From NCBI RefSeq assembly GCF_006345805.1, contig NC_043005.1, positions 18,228,001-18,292,000 on the forward strand: a DNA stretch of 64,000 nt. Reading direction: 5' to 3'. Numbering within the stretch: position 1 is the first letter of the stretch; each line of letters begins with the position of its first letter. The notes under the pieces are model-generated. The model ran no database searches. It was not told where the DNA came from and saw only the letters and a program-made list of their open reading frames with translations. The position numbers and the translations under genes are program-made. This document shows, in pieces, positions 53,573 to 64,000 of the stretch. The DNA comes from Octopus sinensis (lineage: Eukaryota).

Positions 53573-53629
<57 letters not shown>

Positions 53630-53773
53630 ATTATTATATATTATATATATTATATTTTTATTTTTTTAAATATTTTTATATTTTTATATTTTTATATTTT
53701 TATATTTATTTATTTATTTATTTATTTATAAACTATCAAAAAGTATTAAAAGTTTAATAAGATAAAGAGCAAA

Positions 53774-53869
53774 AACACGACGATCGTTTCATGCCCGTAA
53801 CCAATTCGAATAACAATAATTTAAATTCAATTAATAATTCGAGTTATGGTTACAGTCAATCTTCAGGTT
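53774..53869 (-). ncRNA. Hammerhead candidate with long stem II (left arm)
   Basis: AAC CUGAAGA U-UGACUGUAACCA...UGGUUACGGGCA-U GAAAC GAUC GUC GUG; palindrome ACGAUCGU; stem I only 2 bp. Confidence 0.5.
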
Positions 53870-54960
53870 AATTGTAATATTTTAATAAATAATCAAAAAT
53901 ATTTAAACAATATTTTTTAAGAAATAAATAATATAATAAATTTTCTTATAAAAAACTCTATTATCAAACTAGAAACTTAACAATTATGATTATGTCAAAA
54001 CAACGATTATAATGTTATATATTAATTTTAATTTTTAAGTATTAATTTTTAAGGTAAGAAACCCACCAATAATCTAATATCAGTAATAGTCAATATCTAA
54101 TTACATAAATATTTTACAAAAAAAATGATTATTCATATTATTAAAATATAAAATTTAAATAATATATAAATTATCAATGAAAATATATAAATGTATATAA
54201 ATATATAATTAAGATCTAAATAATCTCTATAAATAAACATATATGCACATATAATAAAGACCTAATAACTTAATTTTTCATATTTAAAGATGAAATAGCT
54301 AATTTCAAAAATACAAACAAACCATCTTAAACGATCGCTATAGTAAATTAACTATCTTTATCTCTTTGGCTAAATAATAACTTTAAAAAATCTTATCTTT
54401 AAAGTACTTAAAGAAATAATCAATTCGTAGTTATATAGTAACAAATATATACTATAAATATATTTATCAATGGGAATAATGTAACTAGCAAATAACAATT
54501 TAAAAAGACAATATATAAGTTAAAATAATAATTATAAGAAATCAAAAACTACAATTAATGCTATTAATACATGTATATACATGAATCTAACTTATACAAA
54601 CTCATATACTTACTATCAAGCAACATATCTATCGCTAAGTAAATTCTTACGAATAAACTTAAAGTTAATATGTAATAATTATATAGAAAATTACGATAAT
54701 TGGATAAACAACGATATATACATATATATACATATACATATATACAATAATATTATACCATAAGACTTATAAATATTAAAGTTTAAAGATCTTAAATATA
54801 AATATATACTTATCTTGGCGAGGTTTTGTTTTGACATAATCATAATTGTTAAGTTTCTAGTTTGATAATAGAGTTTTTTTATAAGAAAATTTATTATATT
54901 ATTTATTTCTTAAAAAATATTGTTTAAATATTTTTGATTATTTATTAAAATATTACAATT

Positions 54961-55056
54961 AACCTGAAGATTGACTGTAACCATAACTCGAATTATTAAT
55001 TGAATTTAAATTATTGTTATTCGAATTGGTTACGGGCATGAAACGATCGTAGTGTT
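54961..55056 (+). ncRNA. Hammerhead candidate with long stem II (right arm)
   Basis: As 53774-53869 but with a GUA triplet (55049-55051). Confidence 0.5.
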
Positions 55057-55416
55057 TTTACTCTTTATCTTATTAAACTTTTAATACTTTTTGATAGTTT
55101 ATAAAAAAAAAAATTAATAAATAAATAAATATAAAAATATAAAAATATTTAAAAAAAAAATTTTTTAATATAAAAAAATTATTAATAATTGAATAAAATA
55201 ATAAAAATATATATATATATTTATAATTTATAAGTTTAAATTATTAATTTAAATAATTTTTTAAAATTTTAACTTTATTTAAATATTTTAATTGGATTTT
55301 TATATTTTATATTTTATATTTTTTATATATTTTTAATTAATTTTATTTCTATGTATTGGATTATGATTTTCACTGTTTGATTTGCCTAATAGTGGTTTTA
55401 TCCCTAATTTAATATA

Positions 55417-55461
<45 letters not shown>

Positions 55462-56490
55462 GCATATACTTAATACTTACATACATAAATATATACGAGT
55501 CTATATATATGTGTATATATATTTGTGTGTGTATGTGTGTGCATATATATACATATCTGCGTGTATGTGTAAACACCTCTCTCTCTTTACACACACACAT
55601 ATAACATATATACACACATATATATACACATATACACACATATATATAGACACATGCACATATACAAACACATATATATTTCACACATACATTATACATA
55701 TATATATATATACACACATATGTATATATACACATACATACAAACATCTCCATATATTTTACATGGATATTGTTACATATGTATTTCATTATGCGTGTGA
55801 GTCCATTCAAGTCATTGTAATCATGAAAGCAGACGAGTAGCAGAAATATTGATAGTTAGCATTTGGTATACTTAGTTAAACACATATAACTAGAATATTC
55901 TGTTGCTTTTGTCTTTATGCATGTGTAGGAAGAAGTTCATAAATATCCCTTACATAGAAGCACATAGGTGTTTGGAGATAATCTATGTTAATATGCGTTT
56001 CCTGTACAAGCTCATATCCACATACGGCTTTCTGTACATATACGCAGACTGTTTGCAAATATCAACGGAGATACAAATGTGCGTGTCTGTATGGAAATAA
56101 GTAGCCTATAAACCTGATCAAGCTCATATAGTTTTGAGAATCAGATTACATGACAGTCTAAGAAAATATAACTATTTTCTAATATCTCCATCGACAATAC
56201 ATCTACATTGAACTGAATACTAATTTACGACTACCTGCTTCTGTCACATGGAACAAAGAAAGTTGTCTCGTTGAGTAAAAGAATATCGATGTGATCAAGT
56301 TTATTTGGTACCCTGTAAATTCGTTACCAAATAAAGATTGCAAGGAACTCTTAATTTCTGAAATACTGAGAATGTTTTATGCCTAAGTATTCCAATATAT
56401 AGCTACATGTACACATATATTAACGTATGTATATGAGTTAGGACATTGAATATTACACATCTAAATATACATATACACATAATGATTATG

Positions 56491-57733
56491 CAGGGTGCGT
56501 AAGGTAATTGAGGACATACCATTTTGGGGTCATTGCTGCATTTTTTGCTAGCTCTGTATAGTCTTTGTATCAGAAAATAACAATGGCAGACCCTCAGCTT
56601 ACTCAAGAAATGAAGAGACATGCTGTTATTGTGGTTATAAAGGCTGAGCATAGCGATTTAGAAATATCTCAATGTTTGAAATTTGCCAGATCCTTCGTCT
56701 ACAAAGTTTGTAAGGAGCTAGAGACTGAAGATCGAAACGTATCACCAGTATCAAAGTATGAAAAAGCATTCTAAACACTCTGAAATCATCAGAACACCGG
56801 AATTTATCCAACAAGTTTATCAGACCATTGATTACAATCCCAGAAAGTCCATAAGGTCAATGGCAAAAGATCTATATGTGTCAGAAGGAACAGTCAGAAA
56901 TGTTGTCCACGAAGACATCAGATATAAGTCTTTTATGATGAGGAAAGGTCAATTTGTCAGAAAAAAAGCATCAGATCTAAAAGACTCTTAAACAAGCTTA
57001 AAAATCCAGCAGAAGATTTGATTTGGTTTTTCTCAAACGATAAAAATTCCGACCAAGATCAAAAAGTTAACAGAAGAAATGACAGATGGTTATGAGCAGA
57101 CCCTTTTCAAGTTCCAAGTGTTATGCATATAAAATTTCCTGTACTGTTTTAGGGGTTGTCGGATATGAAGGACATGTGATGCCTTCTATTTTTTTTCCAA
57201 AAGGCCTTAGAGTTAACTCTGTAGCCTACATTGAGGTCCTGTAAATAACTGTTAAGCCCTGGATAGACAGTGTATGCAATGGAAGACTATATGTACTTCA
57301 GTAAGACTCTACACTATCACACATGACTCTAGTAACACCGGAATGGATGGCTGGAAATTTTCATGATTACATAACCCCTAACATTTGGCCTCCTAATTCC
57401 CCAGATCTCAATCCATTGGATTATTACATGTGGAACGTTATTGAGAGAGAGGTCGGTGAACATGCCCATAACATCAAAGATCCTTTGAAAGCTGCCATAG
57501 TCAGAGTAATGTCCAGAATGAACCAGGACTACTTGATTCAAAAATGTAGATGATTTAGATCTCATACAGAAGCAGCTGTTGAAGCTGAAGGTGGATTTAT
57601 GGAATAATATTATAGAAAAGGTTTATTTTTATCCTCATAGCTTTTTAAAATATAAATAAAGTTATTATCTGTTTTTTATATATGTTTTTATTTCATAAAT
57701 ATAAATCTGTCCTCAAATATCTAATGCACCCTG
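56491..57733 (+). mobile_element. Full-length, non-functional DD37D (maT) transposon, 1243 bp
   Basis: 25-bp TIRs match at 21 of 25 positions (cagggtgc...tgaggac); right flank TA; counted 37 residues between the D of Q*DSTLSH and the last D of WPPNSPDLNPLDY; stops and frameshifts. Confidence 0.9.
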
Positions 57734-57789
57734 TATAATACACACACACTCACACACACACATATATATATATATATATGTGTGTGTGT

Positions 57790-58075
57790 GAAGCTGAGCA
57801 CGTGTGTCTGTTTGCATGTATGTGCGCATGACTAAAACTCGAGAATTACCCAACCGATTTCATTCAAATTTTACATATGCCTTACTTAGGGTTCATGCTG
57901 TATCATAGGCGAAACAGCTTTTAAACTTTTTGCCTAATACGAGGCCGGAACACTCTCCTACCTCTCACAGCATTTCTGTGTTACGTGCCAAAAGTGAAAC
58001 AATAACTCTATATTGTAATGTGATTTACTTTCAAATTTAATACTAAAAGTAATATATTCTTTCACTATTACTACA
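57790..58075 (+). mobile_element. Unclassified non-autonomous repeat, possibly Helitron/HINE-like
   Basis: gtgtctgtttgcatgtatg followed by aaccgatttcattcaaattttac, same layout as 63842-64000. Confidence 0.3.
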
Positions 58076-58130
58076 GAAACTATTATCTCACATATATACA
58101 TGCATGCACATACACACCCAAAACACACGC

Positions 58131-58163
<33 letters not shown>

Positions 58164-58457
58164 GTATAAATTAAATTAGAGATAAAACCACTATTAGGCA
58201 AATCAAACAGTGAAAAACATAAAAATAAATAATTAATATAATATACAAAATATATAAAATATAACATTTAAAATTAAATTATTTAAATTTAAAATTTTTA
58301 ATTTATATTTATAAATTATATTTTTTATATTTTAAAAAATTTTTAATTTATACATTTTTAAACTTTTAATCTTTTAATATTTATATTCATTTATTTATTT
58401 ATTTTAAATAACTATCAAAAAGGTATTAAAAAGTTTAATATAATATAATAAGTAAAA

Positions 58458-58546
58458 CCACTGCGTACGTTTCATGGCCAATTCGAATTATAATAATTTA
58501 AATTCAATTAAAAATTCAAATTATAATCATAGTCAATCTTCAGGTT
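58458..58546 (-). ncRNA. Third, decayed copy of the long-stem-II hammerhead
   Basis: AAC CUGAAGA UUGAC...GGCCAU GAAAC GUAC GCA GUGG; triplet mutated. Confidence 0.4.
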
Positions 58547-58631
58547 AAAGATAATAGTCAAATAAATAATTTGATAATAGAGTTTTTTATGAGAAAATTA
58601 TTATTTTATTTATTTCTTAAAAAATATTGTT

Positions 58632-59054
58632 TACTCTTTACTCTTTACTCTTTTACTTGTTTCAGTCATTTGACTGCGGCCATGCTGGAGCACCGCCTTT
58701 AGTCGAGCAAATCGACCCCAGGACTTATTCTTTGTAAGCCTAGTACTTATTCTACCGGTCTTTTTGCCGAACCGCTAAGTGACGGGGACGTAAGCACGCC
58801 AGCATCGGTTGCCAAGCAATGCTAGGGGGACAAACACAGACACACAAACACAGACACACACACACACACACATATATATATACATATATACGACAGGCTT
58901 CTTTCAGTTTCTGTCTACCAAATCCACCCACAAGGCATTGGTCGGCCCGGGGTTATAGCAGAAGACACTTGCCCAAGATGCCACGCAGTGGGACTGAACC
59001 CGGAACCATGTGGTTGGTTAGCAAGCTACTTACCACACAGCCACTCCTGCGCCT
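58632..59054 (-). mobile_element. Full-length SINE family C
   Basis: Head aggcgcaggagtggctgtgtggtaagtagcttgc...gggttcagtccc; tail (gagtaaa)n. Confidence 0.9.
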
Positions 59055-61008
59055 ATGTGTAAATTATTTTCTTTCTATGGCTCGTAATAAAACTATCCTC
59101 CGTATGGAAGCTGCTTTGGCCGTATGGATAGCCGGCTGCCGAAAGAAGAACATAGTATTGGATACGAACATCATCCAAGCAAAGGCTAGGAGCCTGTACG
59201 GGACTTTCGCCGCTAAGGAACCTGAGGACGACTGGCAACCACGAAGAAGAGGAAGGAAACGAAGACGACGTAGAAAATCCGTAACCAGGGACGTCCAGTG
59301 ATTCACAACCTAAAAAACGTCCTTTTTCTGCTAGCAAAGGGTGGTTTGTTAAGTTTCAGAAACACTTCGGCCTAAAAGGTGTTTCCCTGCATGGTAAGGC
59401 TGCTTCTGCTGACACAAGCGCTACTGAAACATATGTGAATGAAACTTTCAAAAAGATTATCTCCGAAGGTGGATATAAGCCGAACAAGTTTTTAATATGG
59501 ACGAGACGGGCTTGTTTTGGAAAAGAATGCCGTCACGAACTTTCCTGTTCAAGGAGGAAGCAAAAGCCTCTGGCTTTAAAGCATACAGGGATCATGTGAC
59601 CCTCGTGATGTGTGGTAATGCTGCGGGATTTATGTTAAAGCTAGGACGTATTTACAAGTCTAAAAGCCCAAGGGCTTTAAAAAACAAAAGACAAGCATCT
59701 ACTACCTGTATGTTGGATGCACAATCCAAAGGCGTGGATAACGAAGATGCTGACCTTCAACTGGTTCCACCAGTGTTTCATCCAGCAAGTCAAGGTGTAT
59801 CTATTTGAGAAGGACTTACCATTCGAAATTCTTCTCTTTATGATAACGCTGGTGGCCAAGCTACTGATCTGTCGCATGAGGGCATTCTGATTGAGTTCCT
59901 GCCGCCCATCACTACGTCACTTATTCAACCAATGGACCAGGGGATTATCTGGGCGTTAAAGTCCCTATGCACGAGGAAAATCCTGGCCAACCTGGTTGCT
60001 TCCGAGGATGCCGCCTAAGAAGACGAAGACGAAAATTTTAACTTGAAGGCATATTGGTGGCAGTACACACTTGCTACGTGCCTCCAAAATATCCAGAAGG
60101 CATTGCAAGAAATGAAGCCTACCACCATTAACGCGAGCTAGAAAAATGTGTGGCCCGAGGATACTTACGACGACAAGGGATTTACACCTGCCGAAATCCA
60201 ACACTCCGAAGTACAGAAAGCTTTGCAGTTGGCTGCGATCATTGGAGGTGACGGATTTGCAGACATGATCACGGGAGACATCGACACATTATTAGACTGC
60301 CACTCCCAGTGGCTAACCGACGCAGACCTCGAAAACTTGACAAAGTTGGCCAGCGAAGAAGAATAAGAAGAAATGCAGCAAGAAACGGAATAAGTTGTCG
60401 ACCAAACTGGCTTGACTTTGGAACGGCTGGGCAAGCTCTGCAACCTGGCTAAAGAATTGAAATAGTGGTCACATGAATGAAGGGGACAACGATATGGTTC
60501 CATCTGTGCTATTTTGCAACAAGATCGACGATGTCATGAATCCCCACAAGATGCACTTTGAACGGAAAAAGAAGCAGCGGCAGCAACTTCCTATCACAAT
60601 GTTTTTGCAGCCTCGCAAAAATCCCCAGTTCCTGCTGCTACTACTACAGTTGCACCTTCGGAAGAAGTGGAAGAGGTGGCCCAGGAAAGGACACCGCCAT
60701 CAGCTACATCATCATCATTTCTACTGCACAGCAAATTTAACACCATCATCATTCAAATTACTCTTCAACTTCTTTCGTCTTGAGTAACAATCTGTATGTT
60801 TTTAAAATCTAAAGTGTTATTGCTTAACAGTTGTCCTTGTTATTAATATACTACTGTAATGGGTGGGTTGTTAACAATTCAGGGAGGGTTTTAAAAGTCC
60901 AAATTCACGTTAAATAAATACTGTAAATATGGTGTCCCTACTTCGCGGAAATACAGTTATCGCGGCCGGTCTCGGGACCAATCTACCGCGATAAACGAGG
61001 GATCACTA
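59055..61008 (+). mobile_element. pogo/Tigger DNA transposon with disrupted transposase; left end missing next to the SINE
   Basis: CENP-B-type HTH MEAALAVWI...IQAKARSLY; ASKGWF.KF; FNMDETGLFWKRMPSRT; TTSLIQPMDQGII; right TIR ...cgcgataaacgagggatcac. Confidence 0.9.
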
Positions 61009-61127
61009 TAAACAAATATATGTGTGTATGTATGTATGTATGTATGTATGTATGTATGTATGTATGTGTGTGTATGCGTGTGCGCGCGCGCGTGTGTGTG
61101 TGTGATAAGCCAATGTGCGCGATTGTT

Positions 61128-62377
61128 TACGAGGTGTCTTCCAGAAGTTATATCTGACCTAAGTATTGTAATTTTAGTATGTCATAACTAAACGTCTAAT
61201 AAGCAGACCTCCCAACTATTTTTATTGCAATTGAAGAGGACGACTGTAAAGGGCACATTGAAGACGGCTGTAAGAGCGCAGCTTGACAAGGCTGACTAGT
61301 TTGCAGAATGCAGTCGGGATGTGAAGACAATTTGAAGCAAGCTCATTATGAAATATAATTTTGTGTTAAGCTGGGTAAAAATGCTACTGAAATTTAGGTA
61401 ATGCTCCATATTGCCATTGGATTAACTTGTATGACCCAACCATTTGGTTTTCGCTGGTAGAAGAGATTAAAGAATGGCAGAGAAGAGGTGAAAGATGTCA
61501 GAACATCCGGACGTCTAGATCTGTCGTGTGTCTCATTTTGGAGTTGGTATGGCAAGTGTACATAGAATTATTAATGAAGGTCTGAAATGCTCAAACTTTA
61601 CACAAAATTAGTTCCCAGGGTGTTCAGTGACGAAAAAAGAAGGAAAGAAAAGTTGTTGACAACAGAGAGAGGATTGCGCTCATTAGCTCCAATGCAAATG
61701 TTCTTCAGTCTCCAGTGATATGCGACGAAAACTGAATCAACGGTTATGATCCAGAGACCAAGAAACAAAGCGGCTAATGGAAGCATCCTGGTTTTCCCAG
61801 AACCGAGAAGGCAAGGAAAAGAAAGTCTACTGCAAATCTCATGTTGAAACCCTTTTTTTTCAACTTTAAGGGTATCATCTACATCAACTGGGTTCTCGCT
61901 GGTCAAATTCGCAACAAAGAATACTTCGAGGAAGTTCTGAGGAATTTCAGGACGAAATTTCGTAGCAAAAAACCAGAGCTCTCCCACTTGGCTTGGTGGA
62001 CCCTGCACCAAGACAATGCACCAGAACAAGTTTCCATCCTGGAAACAATTACGTGACAGTGAAGGACATCAAAACTATCCCTCGCCTTCCTTACAGTCTA
62101 GATGCTACTCCTCGTGACGTTTAATTGTCCCCCAGACTGAAGAAGAGGTTCGGCGCAGTTGTTTCGAAGACAGTGATAAGATAAAAGGAGTCCATGATAA
62201 GATTCATAGACACCTTCACTTTGAAGAACCTCCATGAAGTCTTCTCGAAGTGGCTGCAGCACTACAAGTGCATTGAAGTCAAAGTGTCCTTCTTTGAAGA
62301 TGACGTTTTTGTGCTTTTCTGAAATAAGTGTCCTTACTGAAAAAAACTCCAGAATACTGAAATGCACTTTGTGTGTA
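61128..62377 (+). mobile_element. Decayed mariner (DD34D-type motifs)
   Basis: FCVKLGKNATE, ICDEN, YDPETKKQS..WKHPGFPR, FFNFKGIIY, LHQDNAP, PYSLDATPRD; TIRs not clearly paired. Confidence 0.8.
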
Positions 62378-63222
62378 TACACAAACCCAGGCATGACCAA
62401 ATCACTTCGCAATAAAGTCATATGTTAAAGCCCACAGCATATTGTTATTGGCAAGTACGTTTTACCCAAACCATGGATGGTCACAAGGCTGGTGAATTAA
62501 ATATAATTATAAAAATAGAAACTGTTTTGGAAGTTGTTGGATGGTGTATCCTCATACCCGTTCCTCATTTCGTCAGTATTTTTGTACTCTATGTAGACCG
62601 AATCTGACTCAATATTACGCTACGACTACAAGTGTCTGTGGAATATGCAACCGTTGCATTACTCAGTAATTCGTTGACTATGTAAATTAGTTGGTCGGAT
62701 ATCTGTAAGTACTCATCGAAACCGACGCAGATATCCATTTACTTTTACTGTTACACTTATAAATATCACGTATAAAAGCTCTGCATTTAGAACTCGCTTA
62801 ACGATACTCAATTTTAATGATATTTCGTAAATTAAAAGAAAAACAATTTAATAGTTAATTGCGCCAAATGAATGATAAACATTTCTAATGATTGCTTTAA
62901 AAGTTTAATTATCACAATGCCCTTCGATAATGTGCGCGCAAGTGTTTGTTCTTTCATTGAATCACTCAATTACTTCGCATGTACAGAAATCAATAAAACA
63001 AAATGTCAACTAATGGAAGCATTTATTATTAGCAATCCTTTGTTAGGTTTCTATGAATAAATTTCATGTGTTTTATTTATTATAATTATAAATGCTTAAT
63101 ATGCTAACTTCTCTTAAAACACAAGATATATTAATTTATAGACTAGGAAAGAATTGTAGCAGTGACTTAGCATTCCGGTGAGATATGAATTGTAGATGTT
63201 AGGAAATATAGTCGTGTGTGAC

Positions 63223-63285
<63 letters not shown>

Positions 63286-63300
63286 ATATACACACACTTT

Positions 63301-63518
63301 ATAATTAGGGTTCAGCAAAGATTTGCTTTACCACATACCGAAGTTTAGAAATAGCAGCCAAAAAACCTTAGCTATTTCTTCTACTTTAAAAAGGGACTTC
63401 CAGAAAAACCAAAATACTGGGAGTCCCTTTTAAAATAGAAGAAATAGCTAAGTTTTTTTGGCTGCTATTTCTAAACTTCGGTATATGGTTAAGCAAATCT
63501 TTGCTGAACCCTAATTAT
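63301..63518. mobile_element. Foldback/MITE-like palindrome (arms about 103 bp), related to 32545-32804
   Basis: Shared cataccgaa..tttagaaatagcagccaaa...ctatttc and the same downstream tail. Confidence 0.85.
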
Positions 63519-63564
63519 TAAGTATTACTTAAGTTTACCGTGAAATGGTCCTTTTTCATGCCGA

Positions 63565-63602
<38 letters not shown>

Positions 63603-63687
63603 GGATTAAGCTTTTTTTCTACAGAAAAAAATTCCATCAGGAAGTGTGGCAGTATATTAAAGAACCTTTACGGTTAAAAATTATAAA

Positions 63688-63811
63688 TATCTTATAAGCA
63701 AGGGCTAAAGAAGATTATTCTAAAGCCAATATACCGATATTCCACATTTAATCCGCTTGTGGAATATCGGTATATTGGCTTTAGAATAATCTTCTTTAGC
63801 CCTTGCTAATA

Positions 63812-63816
<5 letters not shown>
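63688..63816. repeat. 59-bp-arm hairpin, 1 mismatch, 11-nt spacer
   Basis: tatcttataagcaagggctaaagaag...ttccaca tttaatccgct tgtggaa...gctaataagata. Confidence 0.9.
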
Positions 63817-63841
<25 letters not shown>

Positions 63842-63847
<6 letters not shown>

Positions 63848-64000
63848 GGCAGTTTGTCTGTCTGTGTGTCTGTCAGGTTGTACCCTCACCCTGACCACGG
63901 CTTTCAACCGATTCTGATGAAACTTGACACACACATAGCCCAATGTCATAATTCAAAACTAACACAGCGAAAATTTTGAAAAGTTCCCCCAGTTCTGAAA
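63842..64000 (+). mobile_element. Start of a non-autonomous repeat, possibly Helitron/HINE-like, cut by the window edge
   Basis: Short (TCTG)n near the 5' end followed by aaccgattctgatgaaacttgac. Confidence 0.35.

Larger units (their letters stand above)
53727..55103. repeat. Very AT-rich inverted repeat: 277-bp arms (53727-54003, 54826-55103) and about 820-bp spacer
   Basis: Arms near-identical by eye; third, internally inverted copy at about 58400-58632. Confidence 0.88.

Noticed and set aside
56724-56745. GA CUGAAGA UC GAAAC GUA UC, an ultra-minimal hammerhead look-alike
   Set aside because: Lies in transposase codons (TEDRNVS); no stem II and a 2-bp stem I, so probably chance.
63915-63930. 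CUGAUGA at about 63917
   Set aside because: No stem II or GAAA-stem III arrangement follows; part of a common repeat.

Overview
AT-rich, microsatellite-saturated eukaryotic DNA. The SINE families, (TA)n/(ATGT)n/(TAGA)n load and transposon mix look like an octopus (coleoid cephalopod) intergenic or large-intron region; that assignment comes from recognising the repeats and was not searched. No intact host gene is supported. Nearly all ORFs in the track are microsatellite read-throughs or pieces of decayed transposons. Contents: (1) three stacked RTE-clade LINE copies at 3.5-9.7 kb, one near full length (APE + RT, disrupted), all ending in a triple C2H2 zinc-finger tail plus (ATGT)n; (2) three fragments of a restriction-like-endonuclease (R4/Dong-type) LINE, each lying in or against (TACA)n; (3) three tRNA-derived SINE families, two copies with clear TSDs and one with a matching empty site in the window; (4) Tc1/mariner relics, including a full-length DD37D (maT) element, DD34D-type mariners and a pogo/Tigger; (5) an ORF1-only LINE 5' end; (6) a Penelope-like element with a GIY-YIG domain. 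The most interesting signal is about a dozen type-I hammerhead-ribozyme motifs from several sequence families between 32 and 59 kb. They sit in Penelope-type repeats, often as inverted pairs or perfect palindromes, most have a palindromic stem III, and they repeatedly show non-canonical C.A or U.U at the 10.1-11.1 position. All folds, translations and coordinates were read by eye; boundaries of decayed elements are approximate.
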